Positions 13,090 to 27,263 of a stretch of DNA of 64,000 nt are shown one piece after another. The stretch spans positions 44,292 through 108,291 of the forward strand of contig NW_018405342.1 in the NCBI RefSeq assembly GCF_002113885.1, in the 5' to 3' direction. The position numbers and the translations under genes were made by a program. The notes under the pieces are model-generated. The model was not told where the DNA came from and ran no database searches. It saw only the letters and a list, made by a program, of their open reading frames with translations. Source of the stretch: Mizuhopecten yessoensis. Taxonomy: Eukaryota. Every line of letters starts with the position of its first letter. The first letter of the stretch is position 1.

Positions 13090-14499
13090 GGTGATACAGG
13101 AGGTAGATTGTCCTAGAGCACAGTGACAGGAATCTGGATAAAGTCAACCAAAGTGTTAACATAAATATTGTAGTGGGAAACAAAGTATTAACATAAATAT
13201 TGTAGCTATATATAGTGGGAAACAAGAAAACAAAACTTAATTGGGTCACATCAGATTATTGCACAGTTCTCTGGAAATGTCTTATTTTCAATTAAGCAAA
13301 TTTGAACGGGCTTTGATTTTTTAAATGATTGTTTGGCCCTTAATTCATATATAAATGGTCTCCTTTAATAAACATGCTATTATACATTTAAAACTGACCT
13401 GTTTCTTCAAATAAGAATCACATTCTGTCTTATATATTTGTACATGATCTTGATGTTCCATGTTCAATATTTGTGTGTCGAAGTTCCGATGTTTCAATAT
13501 TTTCCTGACGATCAGGCAAAGTTTGAAACATCAAAGATTGACTGTTTCAAATTTATTGTAAAAAAAATGTTTTCGAACTTCCTGTGGATTTGAAGTAACT
13601 AGAGGTTAAACTCTGATGTAACATAATGTAGTAAAACATGCGACAACTAGTAATCCATTACAAATCTAGAAAATAATTTCTTCAGATTGAGCTTAACTAA
13701 AACTTGTTTTCAAATTGTATTCATGGACACATGTTATTGAAAACACCTTTCATCTCGCAAGATTTTACAACCTTTTGGACAAATGGAAAACAAACAATTG
13801 GCCGACGAATATATGTCCTGTTTCAATCAGCACCCTTATATGAGTGTCTTGTTGAGCTTATGTATTAAATTTATGTTTTCTGTCCATCTTTACCGGTTAG
13901 GAGAAGACTTATAGGCTAAGCCTGTTGTCTCATCCAATTGATCAATTGTTTTTGTCCAATAAAATTTGTTGAAATTTCAAATATGAATTATAACTGCATG
14001 AAGTTCGCACCAAATCTTGTACGCATTTTTTTGTATAAGTTTGACAACTTGTGCCCAATCCCTAGGGTTTGCATAATAGATGCAAATAAAAATATGTTTA
14101 AATAAACAAAAAAAATTGAGAGAGGTCCTTTTGAGGACGATCTGAAAATGGGTTCTAAAGATGTTTATGATAATGACGTCCACAACAATATACTGGCATA
14201 AATATCTTTATTTACTATCTATTAATCGAAACAATACCATTTTTAAGAGCTCGAGGAGCTATAGATATTTCGGACACCCATGTAGGTCTATAGTCCAAAT
14301 TAATTCTACTCATTCAACTATCATCTTATTGTGTTAATATCAACTGATAAATGTTATCAATTTTATAACAATTCAATATCATTGTCACGGACTAACATGT
14401 GACTCATCTACTGTACTGTACAGATTTAGAATTATGTATCGGTTTTGAAAAACCTTTACGGGGATTATTGGCAACTGCTAGGCATCAAATTCATTCCAG

Positions 14500-15400
14500 C
14501 GACTCACGTTGAACTTAAATGTGGGTTGTCCTCAGTCACATATCTCTTTAAAAGTGTATAGTTATGAAAAGCCGTCTTCTTCCTTCTTTGACAAAACTTG
14601 TGTTTTCCCTTTTCCGATTTCCTTTGATGTGCTCCAAACTAATTTGATCAATGTGTATGAAAATAATTTTGATCAAAAGATAATAATTAGATATAATTGG
14701 TATCTTTATAGATAATATTATGATTAAATATTTCAGAAATACTATGACTTTAACATAATTTTAATACATGAAAATAAACAGAAATAAGTCTGTAGGTTAT
14801 TACACATTTGTTTGGTCTTAAAAACGCTTGCTTTGAGTACAGTTGTAAAAGCAAATTGGATTTCAGACATTTAAGCTTCCTACTGACATAGACTAACTGT
14901 CAAAAGTTACTGGAAGTGGGTGCTTATGCCGATAGAGGGAAGATCTGGAAGAGATACGTCCAAAATGTCCTTTATGTCTGGTTTGTATAGAATCAATAAC
15001 CGTTCTTACTTATTTGGAACACATTAGGGTGATAAACATGTGAAAACCAGTATAATATAAATCTAAATAGGTTATAATAGCATAGAATGTAGGCCTATAG
15101 AATCTTTGTTTATCGGTTTTAGTCAGTCAGGACCCCTACTGATCGCTGTGCTTCTCATATTACGTACAGTGAATATCGTGCCTGTCATAAGGTTTACCTT
15201 ATATAGACACCGACAGACTCATATCAACGTCATGTACTGTTTTCAGTTATTCTGTTATTTGGAAGTATTGGTGTTAAATTAGCTTCTAGCCACGGAAAAT
15301 GACTAATTTTTGTTCTGCTATAGGAGCATATACATGTAAGCAGGTAACAGACTAGCAATTACCCGTTTACAGTAGCAATTTTATCACTGAAATGGGGACG
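14500..15400. promoter_or_regulatory. Putative shared (bidirectional) promoter region between APH1 and the FBXO30-like gene
   Basis: Head-to-head gene arrangement. Candidate - strand donor gtgagt at 14507 and + strand donor cag|gtaaca at 15344. No TSS data. Confidence 0.35.
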
Positions 15401-15641
15401 TTAGTGATATACCATAACGAGTAAACAACACATAAAAATCTTTTTAATATATTTAAAACAAAAAAGAGCATTTTTATTTTAGCAAAACACAATAAATACT
15501 AAAAATGAGGTACAATTGAGCACAAAAATTGTCTGATTTAGTTTTAAGATGAAAAACTTGGATGACATATCCATTGCTTATTGCTTTGTGTAGGGTAGCT
15601 ATAGTTAGAACAAAGAAAATTTCATGCTCACCTATCACATT

Positions 15642-15672
<31 letters not shown>

Positions 15673-15841
15673 GGACGCAGGCATAATGCCTATATATCAA
15701 GAACACAAAGTTTAACATCAGTTTATATGTTGATGTCCGGAATATGAATAAGTGAATTGTTATCTATCTCGTGGTTAAAAAAGCTTTCAGGTTGTCCCTA
15801 GTGTTTATCCAATCGGGATTTTAGTAGATGTTTAAACATTT

Positions 15842-16096
15842 ATGGTTGCATTCGTTTTCACACAATATGATTTGTTTTCAGGGCGTTTAGTGAAGTCTGG
15901 CCTAGAGAAGACATGTCCAGTAGCTTTCAGTTTGTCTATCCTGCACGCTCATTGTGAAGGATGTCATGATCGCTACTGTACTATCTCCCCTGATGACAGC
16001 AGCAGCTGTGGGGTCATCGAGTGCAGCCAGTCATGTGGACAGCGACTACATGGTTGTAAAATAGAGGACCACAAGAATGTTTGTCCTCTTGAGAAG
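15842..16096 (+). CDS. FBXO30: F-box protein 30/40-like, first recognisable coding exon (TRAF-type zinc finger); start codon uncertain
   Basis: HAHCEGCHDRYC...CGVIECSQSCGQRLHGCKIEDHKNVCPLEK matches the FBXO30/40 N-terminal Cys/His pattern. Donor at 16097. An acceptor at 15881 may mean the true ATG is in an upstream exon. Confidence 0.8.
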
Positions 16097-17057
16097 GTGA
16101 TATATATATCTTGTTGTCACATTTCTGTTAAAATCATATATATATATATATATTCCTTAATTTTTACATTTTTGCCATTTGAGATATTTCTTTCATCATG
16201 TGACAAATCAAAAGTTAGGATTGAAATTGACATTATTGAGACAAGTCTCAAGTTAACATGCTAATTATCCTTATTCCTGTTACTTCTGTTGGTAGGCGCC
16301 AAGGTCCCATCAAGCTAATATAAAGTCTTTTAATGGCTCCCATAGTCTATCTGCACACCTTGACTTTGATCAATACACATAATATTAACGAATTGTTCTT
16401 CTCTGATCTGACAAATTTAAGCGTTTAACAAATATTTTCCACCTTAAAATTTGATTCAACAAACACATATCTGTTTGATGGTTTGAAGTCAATAGCTGTA
16501 TGTTCAGGGGTTTTCATGTCTGCATAATGTATAATGGAGATCAAATTTGGGTTGTCATTACTGAAGAAAAATTGAGAAGAGCATAAAGGATTACAAATCG
16601 TTTGGGCCTGTTTTGGCCCGAAAAATTGATTGAAAATATTAACTGGTTACCATGGCAGCCATAATTGAAAACACAAATTAAATGTTTACATAATAGTACC
16701 GAGGAAATATTCAAAATTAGAGAAACAGTCATTTGAAAGTTCTATGGAAGATTTTTAATTTCTATGAATTTTGGGGCCAAAAAATCCAGAACTAATCTAT
16801 ATCTAATGAATACATTAGGAACCCTTACATTCCTAAAAGAAATATTGCAGAAAAAATGGTTTCAAATGAATTCAGTGTCATTTTTTCCATTCTAAAGAAT
16901 ATGACAATTCAATAGGTACTCAGGAAAATCTTTATTTGCTAATTGTAGTGTGGGCTTGCACTCATGCTCCAAATGTAAGGAAAAATGTACAAATATTTAT
17001 TAATATTCTTATACATTTATTCTTTCAATACCAAATAAATTACTGGTAATGTTGCAG

Positions 17058-18656
17058 GTCCCCTGTTCAAATCACATGTATGGCTGTCCGCTGGAGATGG
17101 CAAGAAATAAAATAAATGCCCACATTCGTGTTTGTCCGGCCAGTGTGGTTCGCTGTGTGATTGAGTGGAATCGCTGGCCTATGCATTCTGCAGAAGAAAA
17201 CATCAAGGCCCCTCTACCCTTGGACAATCCGCATGTGAGATGTGGTCAGCTAGACGTAGCACTGGCCCTTAGGGATCAGAGGATGCTGATGGAGTCCATG
17301 AAGGCACCTCAAAGGGTCAGAAAGGTTCTCCAGAACACAATAACCCAGCGATACCCAGGGGTCCCATTTGAGAATCGTAGTGGGTCGGTAGACTCCGACT
17401 GTCCGTCAGAAACAGCCTCTGTGACAGTGTCGGATGATGAGTTAGACACTCCATGGGAAAGTACAAGGTTTCCTCCTGGCCTAAAGATGAGTGTTTGTTC
17501 TAAACTGTATCGTGCAACAAAACATGCATCAGACAATCTAGTGGTGGCCTCAAATTCATTGTCCAATTACAAGGCAGGACAGAAGCAAGAGCACCTTTCA
17601 GAGATCAGAGAGGAACATGATGTCAAACCAGATAATGATATTGAAGCGAAAATCAAAGCAAAACTGGAATCATTGTCTATAGCATGTTCTAAATCGGATG
17701 ACAAGCCATCAGCGACAGATTATCAGGTAAAGGATGACATCCCCAGTAGTGATACATACGACAACTCCTGCTCAAAAGGGAGTGATTTTAAATGTAATAC
17801 AGGGTCTCTGGACGCGGTCAATAGTGGTCAGTCTGATGGTGATGATCAGCTGGGGGTCACAGATGTCCAGATAGAGGAAGTGTACAAGAAAGATGTCAAA
17901 CTTCACGAAATGTTAGGTGTGAGTCTCAATATTGAATGCATATCAAAGTATATCGCCAAGCACCCAAAGATGTACACCTTTCTCTGTGCTCAGGACTTCC
18001 GACGGGAAGAATACATATGGCACTTCAAAAATGTCCACAATGACATCCAGTGTGGATTGAATGGTGTAGTGGAACAACGGTGTCCACTAGCCTACCTCGG
18101 TTGTACATATTCTTACCAGAGGCTTGTCCCAGCAGAGCCGAGGGGTCATATTGTGCATAGCTCTCTGCTCGAGAGCTTCGGTCTGCTCACTTGTGTGGAT
18201 GAGGACAACACGGGGGAAGACAATGATGTCTCTAAAACAGTGTCAAGCCCTGACTGTCTCCAAACTCAAGCAGACTCAAACAATCAAGTGATGGATATGT
18301 GTGCTGAAATTCCCAGGCAGCGACTACGGGAAGCCACACCAGAAATTGTTACATCTCACAAATTTGATTCAAGAATAAAAGTGTATCCACGATTCCGTAA
18401 TCCTTCAGGGGGATATGACTGTGTGACTGCAGCACAGAAAGTCAATGAGGAGTTATCTCTCTTGCTTTTTTTACCCATGGAAGTGTTGATACACCTGGTG
18501 GCCTTTCTGGACAGTTTCAGCCTGTGTAACCTGTCTCTCACCTGTAAACTCCTCCGCAACGTCACTTGTTCCCTCCTTGTCAATAAGGGCATGGTGACCC
18601 CTGTCTGGGAAAAGGTCAAGAATGGATCAAAGTTCAATTGGAAGCTTTCATCCAAG
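17058..18656 (+). CDS. FBXO30: F-box protein 30/40-like, large central exon
   Basis: Contains VPCSNHMYGCPLEMARNK..CPASVVRCVIEWNRWP, MYTFLCAQDFRREEY..HFKNVHNDIQCGLNG..EQRCPLAYLGCTYSY and the F-box LPMEVLIHLVAFLDSFSLCNLSLTCKLLR. Confidence 0.92.
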
Positions 18657-18827
18657 GTATAAGTTTAATTTATTTTTTCTGTTTATCTTGGGGCAGCCCT
18701 ATGTGGAAATATGTTGTTGTTTTTTTGTCCTGTCATTAATTTTCATTAAATTAGTACATATATATACATAATACATATCTGGAATAAGGCTCTCATAGAA
18801 GTTGTAAGGGCAAACAATTTTTACTAT

Positions 18828-19718
18828 TTTAGCTAACCTGGTCGGAAGGGATCTACCATAGGGATTAAGGGATTTCATCCCAATTTGGTCTGAAGCATCC
18901 TTGGGCAAAAGGGACTCAATTTTGTATAAACAGTGAGTGTGGCCTTCCTGGTGGCAGAGGGGCGGGGCTCAATAGGGGAAACAGCAAATTCTTCAAAATC
19001 CTTCTTCTGTAGGAATGACAGGATTTGTCAAAATTTGGTATGAAGCACCCTTGGGTAAAGGCCCCTAATCCCTTGGACAATCCGCATGTGAGATGTAGTC
19101 AGCTTTTGTATTATATAAACAGTGGGTCTGACCTCCCTAGGGGCAGAGACGTGGGGACTAATAAGGGATATAGAGGAATAGCTTTAATATCCTTTTACTT
19201 CCATTGAGATGAAGATATTTTGACAAAATTCTGTAGGAGTGATAGGATTTTGTCCAAATAAGGTATGAATCGAAGCAACCTTGGGTAAAGGGGAAACAAT
19301 TTTGTGTGTAAACAGTGGGTCTGCCCCCCCCCCCCCCCCCCCCCTCCGGGGCAGAGAGTTGGGGCCCAATAAGGGCTATGGAGGAATAGATTTAATATAT
19401 ATCCTTTTGTAGGAATGACAGGATTTGTCCATATTTGGTCTTAAGCATCCTTGGACGAAGGGGACTTAATTTTGTATCAACAGTGGGTCTGACCACCCTG
19501 GGGTCAATGGGGCGGGGCCCAATAGGGAAAACATAAATAGCAAATTCTTTAAAATTTTCCTTTTCCTGTAGGAATGACAGGATTTTGTCCAATTGCATAT
19601 AAATGTAACCCCTGACTAACCGTGTAATACATGTACACTACCAGCAATATCTGGCTTTTTCAACTTCAATTTTGCTAACATTTCCAGGTGAGTGATACAG
19701 GCCCTCTGGGCCTCTTGT
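18828..19718 (+). mobile_element. Second non-autonomous Helentron (HINE-like) copy, in the last FBXO intron
   Basis: Starts ttagctaacctgg and ends caggtgagtgatacaggccctctgggcctcttgtt, the same termini as the 8874-10973 copy. Contains degenerate central repeats. Confidence 0.78.
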
Positions 19719-19785
19719 TTAGGATATATTACACACCACATTTTGCAGATTATGAAAAGCTCCTCCACATTCTCTTGTTTTTCAG

Positions 19786-20058
19786 AAATGGTGTTTCAGT
19801 ACAGGGTTCACTCCTGTACGAAAGTGGCGTTACAACAACACAAGTCCACTGTCCGAACATCTGAAGACGTGTGCGTACAATCGCCCGGAGGATAAGATCA
19901 TTCCCAAGGACATATGGACATACACCTCCACTACCGGGCATGACAGTACTAGTGCTGACGCCCCCATTATAAGTACCCTTCAACAGCTGAAGCATATGCG
20001 TACAGAGGTCAACCGTTACGACAATTTCTTGGCTGACGTACACATCTCCAAGGCATGA
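19786..20058 (+). CDS. FBXO30: F-box protein 30/40-like, last coding exon
   Basis: Acceptor ttcag|AAA, phase 0. KWCFSTGFTPVRKWRY...SEHLKTCAYN matches the FBXO30/40 C-terminal motif. TGA at 20056-20058. Confidence 0.88.
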   Translation, partial: KWCFSTGFTPVRKWRYNNTSPLSEHLKTCAYNRPEDKIIPKDIWTYTSTTGHDSTSADAPIISTLQQLKHMRTEVNRYDNFLADVHISKA

Positions 20059-20999
20059 CCATGTGAAATCTGCGAGTGGGATAGTAACTATGATCAACGG
20101 TGCTGTATTTCTCTAGTGGACTGCTATTGTATGTAAAAAATCGAAAAATGGCCTGTATCATAAATTAGAAAGTACTAAATATAAGCTGCGTGGAATTTGG
20201 AAATATTTGAACCAAGAATGAAGACATACTAAAATATCTAATAAAAGCCTTTTACTGAAATTAATATGATCCCATAGAATTTTGGAATGTTTCAAACGAT
20301 AAGTCATATATATAAAAGGGCATGGAATTTTTAAAATCAGCTAGCTTTTATTAGAACAAGATTATTCATTCTTAGAACTGATTTATTCTTATTTGGCATG
20401 GTTTTCCTTTAGATCTGACTGATATAAAAGCTCCATACAAATAATCACAGAACATATTTTATTATACACTATTAATGTTCTGATATGTGACCATTAGGTT
20501 GTAGAGAATGTCTTATTTATTCAAGATGTCTGTGATGATTTTAGCACACAAGAATGAAAATTGAGTGTGCTATATGGCATAAGGATTTATAATTAAGAGG
20601 AGAAAATGGTGTTCTAGAGTTATTTTTAAGTATAAAGACAAAGTAGTGTCTGAGGAGGATGTTACAGAGAATATACATTTTTTGGATAACTCACAAAATG
20701 ATTCATCAATTCTATCAAAAAATGACAATTGGGCATGAGGGAAAAATGTTCTTAAACACATAAAAGTTTTTAACAAACTGAAAAAGCTCTGACCTTCTGG
20801 ACTTTTAACACTTGACCCATTTTTACAAACCTGAGAAAAAACTGCTAATAATAGAAAAAAAACATAATATCAGTTGAAATTCATTCATTTGAAGTTGTAA
20901 GTTTGAAACATTATTTTAATCAAATTAAAACATAAACATGTTTCTCTCATTTCCCTGTGTGTAAGATAGAGCTGTCCAGGGTAAAAATTTAAAGGGGTG

Positions 21000-21424
21000 T
21001 AGGAAATTTCTATCTTACACCCCATTTCACGTGACGTGACGTCACAATGGCTCGACAATGACCTGACATCACGATTTTGGAACTTTTCATGCCACAATGC
21101 AGAAAAGGAGACGTGATAAAATGAAAAACCTTTTACAATATATTTACCATACACGTTTTTGTCTAAAAAGCTCCGGGGTAAAATTGATATTTTCAAAATG
21201 GTGGCCAGTCCAAACGCATTTTCATGGTTTATGAGCTTCTTCTGGTGGTTGGAATGAGAGAAAAATAACTCTTTCATGCCCAAGGGGGTAGGATAGAGAA
21301 ATTCCACCCTCTGGATTTTCAAATTTGTCGAAACCCTCGGCACAGCCTCAGGTTTTGCTTAATTTGAAAACCCCTCGGGTGGAATTTCCCCTATCCTACA
21401 TCCCTGAGCATGAAAGAGTCTTAT
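21000..21424. mobile_element. Unclassified element ending in a 150-bp hairpin (21268-21419), with TGACGTCA motifs upstream
   Basis: actctttcatgc..gtaggatag..aaattccaccc pairs with gggtggaattt..ctatcctac..gcatgaaagagt. tgacgtgacgtca at 21032. Left boundary approximate. Confidence 0.55.
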
Positions 21425-22145
21425 AATCTTTCAAAAAATATTTTTACTGTTTTCAAAGGTTAAAACAAAAAAGTGAAAAAAAAACATATAATTGATAGAA
21501 TATTTTATGAGTTTTCCAAATCAAATCTGTGTTTTGATTGAATTATCTGATTCAGACAGTATTTTTGATAAATTCTAACACATATCATGAATTGTTGATA
21601 ATCGAATGTTTATACAGAATTTTTCAATTCTGCTATGCGTGATATATTCATGTACATGTCAATTAATACTTTCACTGCCGAACCAAATATTTACCTTTTT
21701 ATTTTTGCTAGTCATGATCAGATAGTGGATTCTATAAATATATCAAGTAGATAACATTACTTTTACTGAGTGGCTTTCACATGGTGCCAGATATCAGAAG
21801 TGATTTCTCACACGGTGTAAAGTTGTCAATCAGAACTGGACGTTCTATTCACTGCATGCAGAGACACAGATTTTCTGTTTGGATACAGGTGAAGCAATTT
21901 AAGAATAAGTGGTTGTTTTGTTATATGTCCACTTCCTATACTAAGATGTTTATTTCTGCTTCACACGGAAAAGTATTGATATTCTGCCATACTCGTAAAG
22001 TATATATGGTGTTCAATGGGAAACCATTTCTAAATTTCACAAGATGTTCTATTCTATTAGCCAGAACTAGCTCCTTCTTGGCTGAATAAAATTGAAACAA
22101 GAGTGTCACTGACAAGGTTCATTTAGCAGGAATGTAATGTATATT

Positions 22146-22416
22146 TACAAGATTCATCTAGTCACTGCTTTGTAAAAAATGGTGTTCTTACCTAGAAAGT
22201 TTCGCGGACATTCTGCCAGCTTGGGCACTAGTAGAATGTTAGCGAAACTGTCTGGGTAAGAACATCCCGTCACCAGTGACCAAGCTGTCAGTAAGTCCGC
22301 GAAACTGTCTGGGTAAGAACATCCCGTCACCAGTGACCAAGCTGGCAGTATGTCTGCGAAACTGTCTGGGTAAGAACATTGTTATTTACATAGCAGTGAC
22401 TAGATGAATTTTGCAA
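22146..22416. mobile_element. Hairpin MITE with an internal 56-bp tandem amplification of one arm
   Basis: attcatctagtcactgct pairs with agcagtgactagatgaat. gcgaaactgtctgggtaagaacat occurs three times. Confidence 0.65.
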
Positions 22417-22629
22417 ATATAAGAAACAAGAATGTGTTCGAACATCAGGTTCTAATTTTTTAGCGCCTTTTTACACTATGGTAATTATAACATGACAGCA
22501 TTACAACCGCTGTCATCAATATATTGTCTACCACTTTTCTTCTGTTCAAGTTTTTTGCACACAAATAGAATATATGTACTGTATATCAGAAACCTTCAAA
22601 TCTATATCTGCCAAGTGTTGATCATTTAA

Positions 22630-23822
22630 AACCCATCACATGAACTTACTACAGTGTATGTGTAATGTGTTGTTTAAAATCATTCCCATTAACTTACAAC
22701 AGAGTATTTTAATGTGTTGTTTAAAACCCTTCCCATTAACTTACTACAGAGTATGTTTAATGTGTTGTTTAAAATCCTTCCCATTTAACTTACTACAGAG
22801 TGTTTAATGTGCTGTTTAAAATCCTTCTCATTAACTTACTACAGTTTATGGTTAATGTGTTGTTTAAAATCCTTCCCATTAACTTACTACAGAGTATTTT
22901 TAATGTGTTGTTTAAAATCCTTTCCATGAACTTACTACAGAGTATTTTTAATGTGTTGTTTAAAATCCTTCACATTAACTTACTACAGAGTATGTTTAAT
23001 GTGTTGTTTAAAAATCCTTCACATTAACTTACTACAGTGTATGTTTAATGTGTTGTTTAAAATCCTTCACATTAACTTGCTACAGCTTATGTTTAATGTG
23101 TTGTTTAAAATCCTTTCCATTTAACTTACTACAGAGTATGTTTAATGTGTTGTTTAGAATCATTCCCATTAACTTACTACAGAGTTTGTTTAATGTGTTG
23201 TTTAAAATCCTTCACATTAACTTACTACAGAGTATGTTTAATATGTTGTTTAAAATCCTTCCCATTAACTTACTACAGAGTATGGTTAATGTGTTGTTTA
23301 AAATCCTTCACATTTACTTACTACAGAGTATGTTTAATGTGTTGTTTAAAATCCTTCACATTAACTTACTACAGAGTATGTTTAATGTGTTGTTTAAAAT
23401 CCTTCACATTAACTTACTACAGTGTATGTTTAATGTGTTGTTTAAAATCCTTCACATGAACTTACTACAGTGTATGTTTAATGTGTTGTTTAAAATCCTT
23501 CCCATTAACTTACTACAGAGTATGTTTAATGTGTTGTTTAAAATCCTTCCCATTAACTTACTACAGAGTATGTTTAATGTGTTGTTTAAAATCCTTCCCA
23601 TTAACTTACTACAGTGTATGTTTAATGTGCTGTTTAAAATCCTTCCCATTAACTTACTACAGAGTATGTTTAATGTGCTGTTTAAAATCCTTCCTATTAA
23701 CTTACTACAGTGTATGTTTAATGTGCTGTTTAAAATCATTCCCATTTACTTACTACAGAGTATGTTTAATGTGCTGTTTAAAATCATTCCCATTAACTTA
23801 CTACAGTGTATGTTTAATGTTT
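22630..23822. repeat. 48-bp minisatellite (about 25 copies)
   Basis: Unit aacttactacagagtatgtttaatgtgttgtttaaaatccttcccatt. Confidence 0.95.
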
Positions 23823-26800
23823 TGTTTCGATCTAATGATTAATTCAGCCTCATTACGGAGGACAAACAAGCGAAAGTTTAACTGCTGCGAAAATTTCCCA
23901 GTATATAGTATAATGAAGAATTAGTCTTGCCACTCATGTATTAGATGACTTCTTCAATAGATAACACCAGTTTATTGAACGAATTGATAAATTTAATTTG
24001 CATTAAAGCCATCATGTAAATAGCACAGAGTTAAAAAGAAGTTTGTAAAAAAAAAAATCTTCTTTTTTCTTCAGATAATTGATCTACAGGTAAAACAATT
24101 TCCTGACCAATAATCTGCCAATTCAGTAATATTGATGAAGAAATTAAAAAAACTAAATCTGTATGAAAGAAATGAATTTTGTTATTAATGCCAAGATGTA
24201 TGAAATCTACATTTTGCTAATAACATGTCTTAACATTTTCAGAAGTTTTCTCCTATCGTAACACAATGAGACCAGCTATATAATGACAACACCTAAACTT
24301 TTGTTTTACATCAAGCCGTGATAAAAGATGCTCTCATGATCAGATGGTTTTACGAGCTCAATTACAATGATGTGCATGGCTAGTTTTAAGTCTGTAATGT
24401 TTACATGTGATATTTAGGGTTTAGTTTAAACATATTTATTTACCGAAAGCAATGGCAAGAGGATTTAGCACAAGATATATTAACATTATCAATGCCATCT
24501 TCTCCGATTTACCATTCAAATTTACAAACATGCACGCTCTGTAGTCAATAATTTGGGAGATTTTTAAAAATTAATGATAGGCATTCTAACAAGGAGATCA
24601 ATAAATGCAGACAGTGCGATTCACAAGACAGACTTTAATTAAGCCATATTTTAAGGAACTACTGTTATACTCTAAATATGTGTTAATGGTATTTAGCATG
24701 TGCTTAGTATGCGTTCATCATAACCGCAAAAAGGTGAGATTTAGAATTTATTACTAGAGAGATGTATTATTTTTCCTTAAATGATTTACGTATACGACAT
24801 TCTCCAGATTATTTCAAGAGCCTAGCGTGGAAGGCATGAAAGATGAATCTGTACTTAAAATTCGTTAAAGCTGGGTATAATAAAATCATGACTATTTCTA
24901 AGGGGATATCTAGCAGTTTGGTTTAACTGTGTTTAGTAGAATCACATGTAGGAAACGTTAAGTTAAACCATTCCTAATTTTGTACAATAGCTGCAGTTTC
25001 CTTCCTTTTCTCCTTTCCGAAACTCTTTAACATAGAGTTAAAGCATACGAGGGGCGACAATTGTAAACCGGTCCCATACTCACAACAGTGTATAAAGCAG
25101 GTAAAATGATAGAATTATACATATTCAACGAAGTTTCTCAGTTTAGCATATACTTAGCGTTACTTGGAACATCAATTTTCATTACAGACATCAATAATTC
25201 TCATCTGTGATACCCAACCATCAGTGTTGGAAAAAGCACCCCACCATAAATATTTCACCGCTGAATAGTAAATCAAAATCTCCGTTCAATTCTCTTCCAT
25301 TAAAGATGGATAAAACGTTTTTCTATGTTAGGAATGAAATCAATTAATCATTATCTTCGTCCAATTGAGGACGATATGAAGAGGATATGCGTAAAAGATG
25401 TATCAGTGCCAAAACGTCTAGAGACTGAACGCATCACGTAATGTACATGTCTATCTTTAATGATCTGAAATAGAACCTTGGGGGAACTCTGGCTTCTATA
25501 ATACTAGTTTGAGAAAATGAGCAGTTTGTAAAGTAGTTGATTAGATCACTAGTTTATGAATGTAACATTTTTGGGTATAAATCCAGACGGACCTGCAATC
25601 GTTTATGCAGTCCTTGCAAGGCTTTGTCAAGGCTCGCCTGAAAGCAGCATGCTATTACTAGGTCCGACATTATTTAATAAACATACAACTGTAGTCCGAC
25701 AGGTTGAACCGTTTCAACGAAAATGGCCCGTGATTACTAGTAGCTATAGCCTAATCAGTGTTACGTTGCACATTTTTATAGGGGAAACACAGTGATATTA
25801 TATGATATTATGATTATTATCTGATATATTTAGAAATTCAACATTCAGTCTGGGCAAGGTCATATCTGAATTTATCACGTACAGTCTCCAATGGTGTATC
25901 CAAGGGATGTGGACTTTGGTGCCGTAAATGCATCCTCGATACTCCAGGGGTTACGTTCGCTCACTTACTCTCTGCATCCCTGGAATATGTCATAGCAAAA
26001 TCGAAGGCACGAAGATAGCTCTTCTCGTGTCATCAACAAGGTGGCGCACACTGAACCTTCAATTTTGCTACGACATGATGCCGTAAATGATGTTATTTTG
26101 TTAATAAAACCAGAAGGAGAAAGTGTTCAAGTCTGCTTCCTGCGCCGTTATCCGGATAAAAGAGAACATTGTTTAATCAAGCGATTCATCGATTTTAGGC
26201 GAGATAAAATTGGCATAATTTTACTGTTGCATTGTTAGATATGGTGACGTATATAAATGATTACCGTTATATTATCTGTATTGGTGTGTTTGTTGTAGAT
26301 ATTGCATTGAATGGTTTCTGCCGGCCAGATTCCGACTGTTATGATATGTATGTAATAAACTTATGCAAATGAGACTGATGACAAAGCTTAAGTTTATGTA
26401 TGATTATAATACATTTGAAATACTAAGAACATTTGTTCTAATATTATTAGACTTTTTACTGTAGTATACAGTTTTACACTGATCTTTTCAAATTCACACA
26501 GTAATTTAAAAATACATCACCGTGAAAACGTTGTTTCCAAAATGTTAGCATAAATTTCCAATGTAGATTTGAGTTAACCGGTTCATCAGCAAAAACTACA
26601 ATTTAAATCAATAAATAGATAATGAAAGTACTGCTTTTTGTGTGTTAATTATTGCAAATACATGGCACATCTATAGCATGTGAAAAGATTTATTAACGCA
26701 TTTAATCTCCGTACTGATAATTATATTGGCTACATATAACCAAAGTAGAACAGTAAAAAAGAACATTTTTATATGGGTTCATTTGATTTGCAAAAATACA

Positions 26801-27263
26801 GGGCCGAACGGGTACGAACTAAAATATTGATTAGGAACATAATTCTTGAAACATATTTACACTAAACAGTTACGCTTAGTAAAGTTAATGTTCTACATTT
26901 ACATTAACTTTATATTTTTGCCAAAAGCAAGTTTATCCTTTATTTCTTTAAATAATATAATCATTCATAACGCACATGGTACGTCTTATATGGTATATGA
27001 AATATCTTGAATCAAATATCAGATATAAACTACAGGTATAGGATCTACATTGCTCTTATGACAGTCTTTCAAAAAGTGGTAGCCTTTTAGTAAACAGTTT
27101 TTTATGGGGTTGGTAATAGATCATATCATTTTCATAAAATTTGAAATAAATCATATGTTTGTGCGATATGTTAAGCAGTTTATGTATACCACCTTTTTGA
27201 GACAATTACAAAACATGCATGTGTTATACCTCAGAAGGTATATTTTCAGACGCGATTGATTTC

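Noticed and set aside
22800-23924. Repetitive Leu/Cys-rich ORFs (LRR-like look)
   Set aside because: They are translations of the 48-bp minisatellite, with frameshifting indels between units.
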